DNA of 64,000 nucleotides from an uncultured Eubacteriales bacterium (lineage in GTDB: Bacteria > Bacillota > Clostridia > Christensenellales > Aristaeellaceae). The position numbers and the translations under genes are program-made. Under the pieces are notes generated by a model that had not been told where the DNA came from, searched no databases, and was given only the letters and a program-made list of their open reading frames with translations. Shown here in pieces: positions 60,793 through 64,000 of this stretch. How positions within the stretch are numbered: the stretch's first letter is position 1; each line of letters starts with the position of its first letter. Where the stretch lies: assembly GCA_902764875.1 (NCBI GenBank), contig CACWXP010000027.1:1823-65822 (forward strand), given 5' to 3'.

Positions 60793-61629
60793 ATGAAAGA
60801 TTGGTTTAAGTTTCGGACTGCCTGGCTTCAGGCCATCGGTATGTTCGAACTCGAAGCAGCAGGCCGGCTCTTCCTGGCAGTTATCACTTATGCCGCAACA
60901 GGAGAGGAGCCGGCCCTCTCCGGGCCGGAAATGGCTGTCTTTACCGTGATTGCGCAGGTGCTTCGGGAGGATACGGAATTGTCCGCCATGAAGTCTGCAG
61001 CCGGGGCCCAAGGCGGACGGCCGAAGAAGAAAAGAAGCGAAAAAAAGCAGTGCTTTTCGGAAGAATACGACAGTGAAAAGCAGTGCTTTCTGAATGAAAA
61101 GCAGTGCTTTTCAGAAGAGAACGGCGGTGAAAAGCAGTGCTTTTTTACACCTCCCGAAGCCCCGGAAGGCCCGAGAATCAAGGCTTTGGACAGCATGCCG
61201 GCAGCGACGGAGGAAAAGGAGGATGCAGAAGCTCCTACAGATACCCATATAGATACCTCTATAGATACTAATAATACTAATAACTACAGAGAGAATAGAA
61301 ACGATAGTAAGAAGAGGTTTGCGGTGCCTACGGTGGAAGAGGTGGACGCCTACTGCCGGGAGCGGGGGAACAACGTCGACGCCCAGCGGTTTGTGGACTT
61401 CTATGCATCGAAAGGATGGCGGATCGGAAAGGAACCGATGAGGGACTGGCGGGCGTGTGTGCGAACCTGGGAACGGAACGGCAGGGACCGGGTTGATGTT
61501 TCAGGGTCTGGTCCTGTGCGACCGGCGAAGACGGTTGCTGCGCAGCAGTACAGCCAGCGGGATTACTCCGACGAAGACGAGGAGGCCCTTGCGCGGATGC
61601 TCGCAACCGCAAGGGAACAGGGATTTTAG
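60793..61629 (+). CDS. Phage replisome-organizer-like protein ('conserved phage C-terminus' type)
   Basis: The C-terminus VEEVDAYCRERGNNVDAQRFVDFYASKGWRIGKEPMRDWRACVRTWERN is the motif seen in phage replication organizers. The middle encodes repeated EKQCF units. Confidence 0.75.
   Translation: MKDWFKFRTAWLQAIGMFELEAAGRLFLAVITYAATGEEPALSGPEMAVFTVIAQVLREDTELSAMKSAAGAQGGRPKKKRSEKKQCFSEEYDSEKQCFLNEKQCFSEENGGEKQCFFTPPEAPEGPRIKALDSMPAATEEKEDAEAPTDTHIDTSIDTNNTNNYRENRNDSKKRFAVPTVEEVDAYCRERGNNVDAQRFVDFYASKGWRIGKEPMRDWRACVRTWERNGRDRVDVSGSGPVRPAKTVAAQQYSQRDYSDEDEEALARMLATAREQGF
61044..61143. repeat. Four copies of a 13-bp palindrome AAAGCAGTGCTTT inside the replisome-organizer gene (iteron-like)
   Basis: Copies at 61044-61056, 61077-61089, 61098-61110 and 61131-61143. 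Centre-to-centre spacing is 33, 21 and 33 bp. Confidence 0.85.
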
Positions 61630-61669
61630 GATATAAGATTTAGGATTTAGGGGTTAGGGTTTAGGAACG
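61619..61669. repeat. Tandem heptamer array AGGRTTY upstream of the second sigma-like gene
   Basis: AGGGATT tt AGGATAT AAGATTT AGGATTT AGGGGTT AGGGTTT AGGAACG. Starts at the stop codon of the preceding gene and ends 14 nt before ATG 61684. Confidence 0.8.
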
Positions 61670-61683
61670 GAGGAAATACAGAT

Positions 61684-62334
61684 ATGGATTTGGAACAGAT
61701 TGTTTCTTACGGGGAATTGCGGGACGCACTGCCGGGAACAGGGAAGGGGCGGGTTCCGCGGCTGAATCAGCTGAAGAAAATGGCCAGGGTGGTTCTTCAC
61801 CGGAAGACAGCCAGCGGTGTGATTGAGATCTACAGCAACGGGTTTTTCACCTTTGAGGAATGCGGGCGGGTGACGGTTTACGGCGTGGACCGGTGCGAAC
61901 GGCCGGAGACGTACACCTGCAACGGGAAAAAGGAAGCGGGGATGGAAAAGCTGGATCTTGGCGAATATCCCTGGGAAGTGATTCTGGAATCCGCCGGATC
62001 GGCGCGGCTGGAGCACAACGCGGACAGCCGGCGGATGTGTCGGGAAGTCATTTTATATGACAACTTCGAATTTGAGAACAATATTGATTACAGCCTGCCA
62101 CCGGAGCATGAAAGCCGGGAAGCGGAGGAAGAAATGGCGGCATGGAAGGCGGAACGGAACAGGAGGATGAGGGAAGTTTTATCGACCCTTACTGAAAAGC
62201 AATATCAGATTGTGATCATGCACAGGGTACAGAAAATGACACAGGAACAGATTGCGACGAAACTGGGGATTTCTCGGAGTACTTTAAGGAATCAATTGCG
62301 GACAATTGAAAAAAAGTTGAATAAATTTGCATAA
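61684..62334 (+). CDS. Sigma-70 region-4-like HTH protein (phage late-gene regulator candidate)
   Basis: C-terminus LTEKQYQIVIMHRVQKMTQEQIATKLGISRSTLRNQLRTIEKKL (region-4-type HTH). GGAGGAAA RBS. Confidence 0.65.
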   Translation: MDLEQIVSYGELRDALPGTGKGRVPRLNQLKKMARVVLHRKTASGVIEIYSNGFFTFEECGRVTVYGVDRCERPETYTCNGKKEAGMEKLDLGEYPWEVILESAGSARLEHNADSRRMCREVILYDNFEFENNIDYSLPPEHESREAEEEMAAWKAERNRRMREVLSTLTEKQYQIVIMHRVQKMTQEQIATKLGISRSTLRNQLRTIEKKLNKFA

Positions 62335-62509
62335 AACAGGCACCATTTTGGCCCCAAAAACATGTTATATATAGAGGGGTAAATAAACCTCTCCAAAGGG
62401 AGGAGGAAAACGGACAACTGAATCAGCGGACAGCAGTCCCGTCCTTTCCCGGCAGCCGAAAGGCATAAGACCGGATGTGGACGTTAAGCACAGGGACGGG
62501 AGAGGTATA

Positions 62510-62538
62510 CCTGTCGCGTAGCGGCGCGGCAGGTTTTT
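62510..62538 (+). terminator. Intrinsic terminator in the leader of the downstream (late/lysis) genes
   Basis: CCTGTCGCG-tagcgg-CGCGGCAGG (9-bp stem, one G-U pair) followed by TTTTT, 29 nt upstream of ATG 62567. Confidence 0.65.
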
Positions 62539-62566
62539 CATCGGAGAGCGAGCTGAAAGGAGCTAT

Positions 62567-62752
62567 ATGGGACGGACGAAGCAGCGGGAGAACAGACGGG
62601 CAAAAGCCATGGAGGAAGAGGAACTGGACCTTTGCAATTCTTTCGGCGTCGAGGATTCGACGCCTTATCTGGCGGTGAGAAACATTATCCGGCGATGGAA
62701 GATGGAGGAAACACGCGGTGATTTAATGATGATGTGGGGTGACGCGGGATGA
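62567..62752 (+). CDS. Hypothetical small phage protein (61 aa)
   Basis: AAAGGAG RBS 5 nt upstream. ATGA overlap with the next ORF. Confidence 0.45.
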   Translation: MGRTKQRENRRAKAMEEEELDLCNSFGVEDSTPYLAVRNIIRRWKMEETRGDLMMMWGDAG

Positions 62753-63036
62753 CGGTTTATCAATGGATTTGCGTGCTTGGGATTCCGGGGATGCTGGCAG
62801 GACTGGCGGCCTTTGTGCGGCTGCAGGTGCACCAGAACAGGGCGATGAAGGCGGCGGTGCAGGCGATTTTGCGGGACAAGCTGCTGCAGCGGTTTCAGCT
62901 GTGCCGGCTGCAGGGGTATGCTACGTCGGAGGAGCGGCAGAACTTTGAGAGCATGTATGTGCAGTATCACCTGTTAGGCGGGAACGGCGTGATGGACGAC
63001 GTTCGGCAGAAATTCTTTGATCTGCCGATGGAGTGA
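62749..63036 (+). CDS. Small single-TM phage membrane protein
   Basis: N-terminal TM WICVLGIPGMLAGLAAFV. Translationally coupled to the upstream ORF. Precedes a holin-like gene. Confidence 0.5.
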   Translation: MTVYQWICVLGIPGMLAGLAAFVRLQVHQNRAMKAAVQAILRDKLLQRFQLCRLQGYATSEERQNFESMYVQYHLLGGNGVMDDVRQKFFDLPME

Positions 63037-63063
63037 ATCTATTTTGAAGGGGGAGTTGGCTTT

Positions 63064-63270
63064 ATGAAAACGGTTGACTGGGTGACCTGGGGAAAGGCGG
63101 CCTTGATCCGCGGGGTTCGGACCTTTGCGGAGGCGATGCTGGCTTACATCGGTACCGGGGCTCTGGTGCTGGGGGACGTGAACTGGGTGGCAGCGCTTTC
63201 CGCCGGCGGGTTCGGGTTTATTTCGGCTTTGCTTCTGGCTTTGACGGGGCTGCCGGAAGCGGAAGGGTAA
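63064..63270 (+). CDS. Putative holin (68 aa, two TM segments)
   Basis: GGGGGAG RBS. TM1 FAEAMLAYIGTGALVL, TM2 AALSAGGFGFISALLLALTGL. Size and topology are holin-like. Confidence 0.45.
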   Translation: MKTVDWVTWGKAALIRGVRTFAEAMLAYIGTGALVLGDVNWVAALSAGGFGFISALLLALTGLPEAEG

Positions 63271-63351
63271 GGGTTTTTTGCGGGACCATGAAAAAGTGGT
63301 CCTAAAAGAACCGTCCCGATAGGCCCACAAGAAACGAAGGGAGCGTGGGGA

Positions 63352-64000
63352 ATGCAGTATTACGGGAACCGGATTTCGGAGAATATTTCGCGGCGGGAAC
63401 CGGAGGGGTATCTGCTTTGCCTGAACGTGCCGGTGGCGCGGACGGGGATGCAGGAGTACCTGCCGGAGGAACTGGGACTTGGGTCGGGGCCGGGTTTTAT
63501 TCAGGTTTACCGGCCGGAGGAGGAGGTTTTCGCTCCGGAGACGATGGCTTCTTTTGAGGCCGTTCCGGTGACGAACGATCACCCGAGGGACGGAGTGGAT
63601 CTGGACAACATCCGGCGGCTTCAGGCCGGGCACGCCCAGAACGTGCGCCGGGGCAGCGGGGAGGAAGCGGACCTGCTGCTGGCGGATCTGGTGATTACCG
63701 ACGAGCGGCTGATTGAAGCGATTTTGAATGGGAAGCGGGAGATCAGCTGCGGGTATACCTACGAGCTGGCCGAAGAAAACGGCCGGTACATTCAGCGGAA
63801 AATCCGCGGGAACCACATTGCGGTGGTTGACGCCGGGAGAGCGGGGGCGCGGGTTTCCATCAAAGATCATATGGGTTCCAAAGGGAAGGCGCCGGGGGCG
63901 CCTTTTCCCGTTCAGGACAATCAAACATTTGAAAGGAGAAAGGGTTTCATGAAGAAGGGACTGGGAAAGATTCTGGCGCGGATGGCGAAGGACGGCGACG
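63352..64000 (+). CDS. DUF2213-type phage protein (3' end outside window)
   Basis: Translated by hand: MQYYGNRISENISRREPEGYLLCLNVPVARTGMQEYLPEE...VPVTNDHP...LLADLVITDERLIEAILNGKREISCGYTYE...IRGNHIAVVDAGRAGARVSIKD. No stop before the window end, so it is absent from the ORF track. AAGGGAG RBS. Confidence 0.7.
   Translation, partial: MQYYGNRISENISRREPEGYLLCLNVPVARTGMQEYLPEELGLGSGPGFIQVYRPEEEVFAPETMASFEAVPVTNDHPRDGVDLDNIRRLQAGHAQNVRRGSGEEADLLLADLVITDERLIEAILNGKREISCGYTYELAEENGRYIQRKIRGNHIAVVDAGRAGARVSIKDHMGSKGKAPGAPFPVQDNQTFERRKGFMKKGLGKILARMAKDGD

Larger units (their letters stand above)
50525..64000. mobile_element. Composite remnant(s) of temperate phage/ICE-like element(s); right end not in window
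   Basis: Two immunity switches (CI-like at 52.7-53.7 kb, ImmR/ImmA at 54.9-56.4 kb), a replisome organizer, sigma-like regulators, a holin-like gene and a DUF2213 gene, with several truncated genes. No integrase, terminase or portal gene seen in the window. Confidence 0.55.

Noticed and set aside
61649-61669. TTAGGGG TTAGGGT TTAGG resembles eukaryotic telomere repeats.
   Set aside because: Only about three units are present, embedded in a bacterial intergenic heptamer array. The context is clearly prokaryotic, so I treat it as part of the AGGRTTY array and not as telomeric or contaminant DNA.
1-64000. Search for CRISPR arrays, rRNA, integrases, transposases, reverse transcriptases and group II introns.
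   Set aside because: None was seen. There are no regularly spaced 25-40-bp repeats and no recombinase or RT motifs in any ORF. The mobile region therefore cannot be called an intact prophage or ICE from this window.

Overview
Clostridia-like (Firmicutes) chromosomal segment in three parts, judged by gene content, RBS style and codon usage. (1) About 1-30.9 kb is a GC-rich core. It holds secE (partial)-nusG-rplK-rplA, a SWIM/SNF2 helicase, two tandem tRNA-Ser genes (one lacks its 3' end), an EamA transporter with psuK-psuG and an RluA-type synthase, an acyl-CoA synthetase with iorAB, and a Gram-positive polysaccharide utilisation locus (heparinase II/III-like, LacI, ABC sugar importer, DUF2264, GH88, GH2 beta-glucuronidase). 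It also holds a GGDEF cyclase, a degraded STAS gene and an amino-acid ABC importer whose ATPase has an unusual C-terminal extension. (2) About 30.9-58 kb is visibly more AT-rich accessory DNA. It holds GntP, a DUF4143 ATPase, an AbiE toxin-antitoxin pair, BlaI/BlaR1, four ECF sigma/anti-sigma pairs and a run of secreted or membrane proteins sharing a C-terminal G-N-G tail. It then continues into temperate-element regulatory remnants: a CI/LexA-like repressor co-operonic with a 2H phosphoesterase, a HAD hydrolase and a free-standing RNAP alpha-CTD-like protein; an ImmR/ImmA module with zinc-ribbon arrays; and a three-part mosaic ORF. (3) About 58-64 kb is GC-rich and phage-like: sigma-like regulators, truncated genes, a replisome-organizer gene with internal palindromic iterons, small lysis-type membrane proteins, and a DUF2213 gene running off the window. 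No integrase, terminase, CRISPR array or rRNA was seen. My best candidate for an undescribed system is the repressor-linked ThpR/HAD/alpha-CTD operon (50.5-53.6 kb). The BlaR1/ECF-linked GNG-tail family (38-46 kb) is second. Several conserved genes (rplK, tRNA-Ser, STAS) carry short internal deletions that could be biological or assembly artefacts. All calls rest on reading the sequence and on motif recall; no database search was run.
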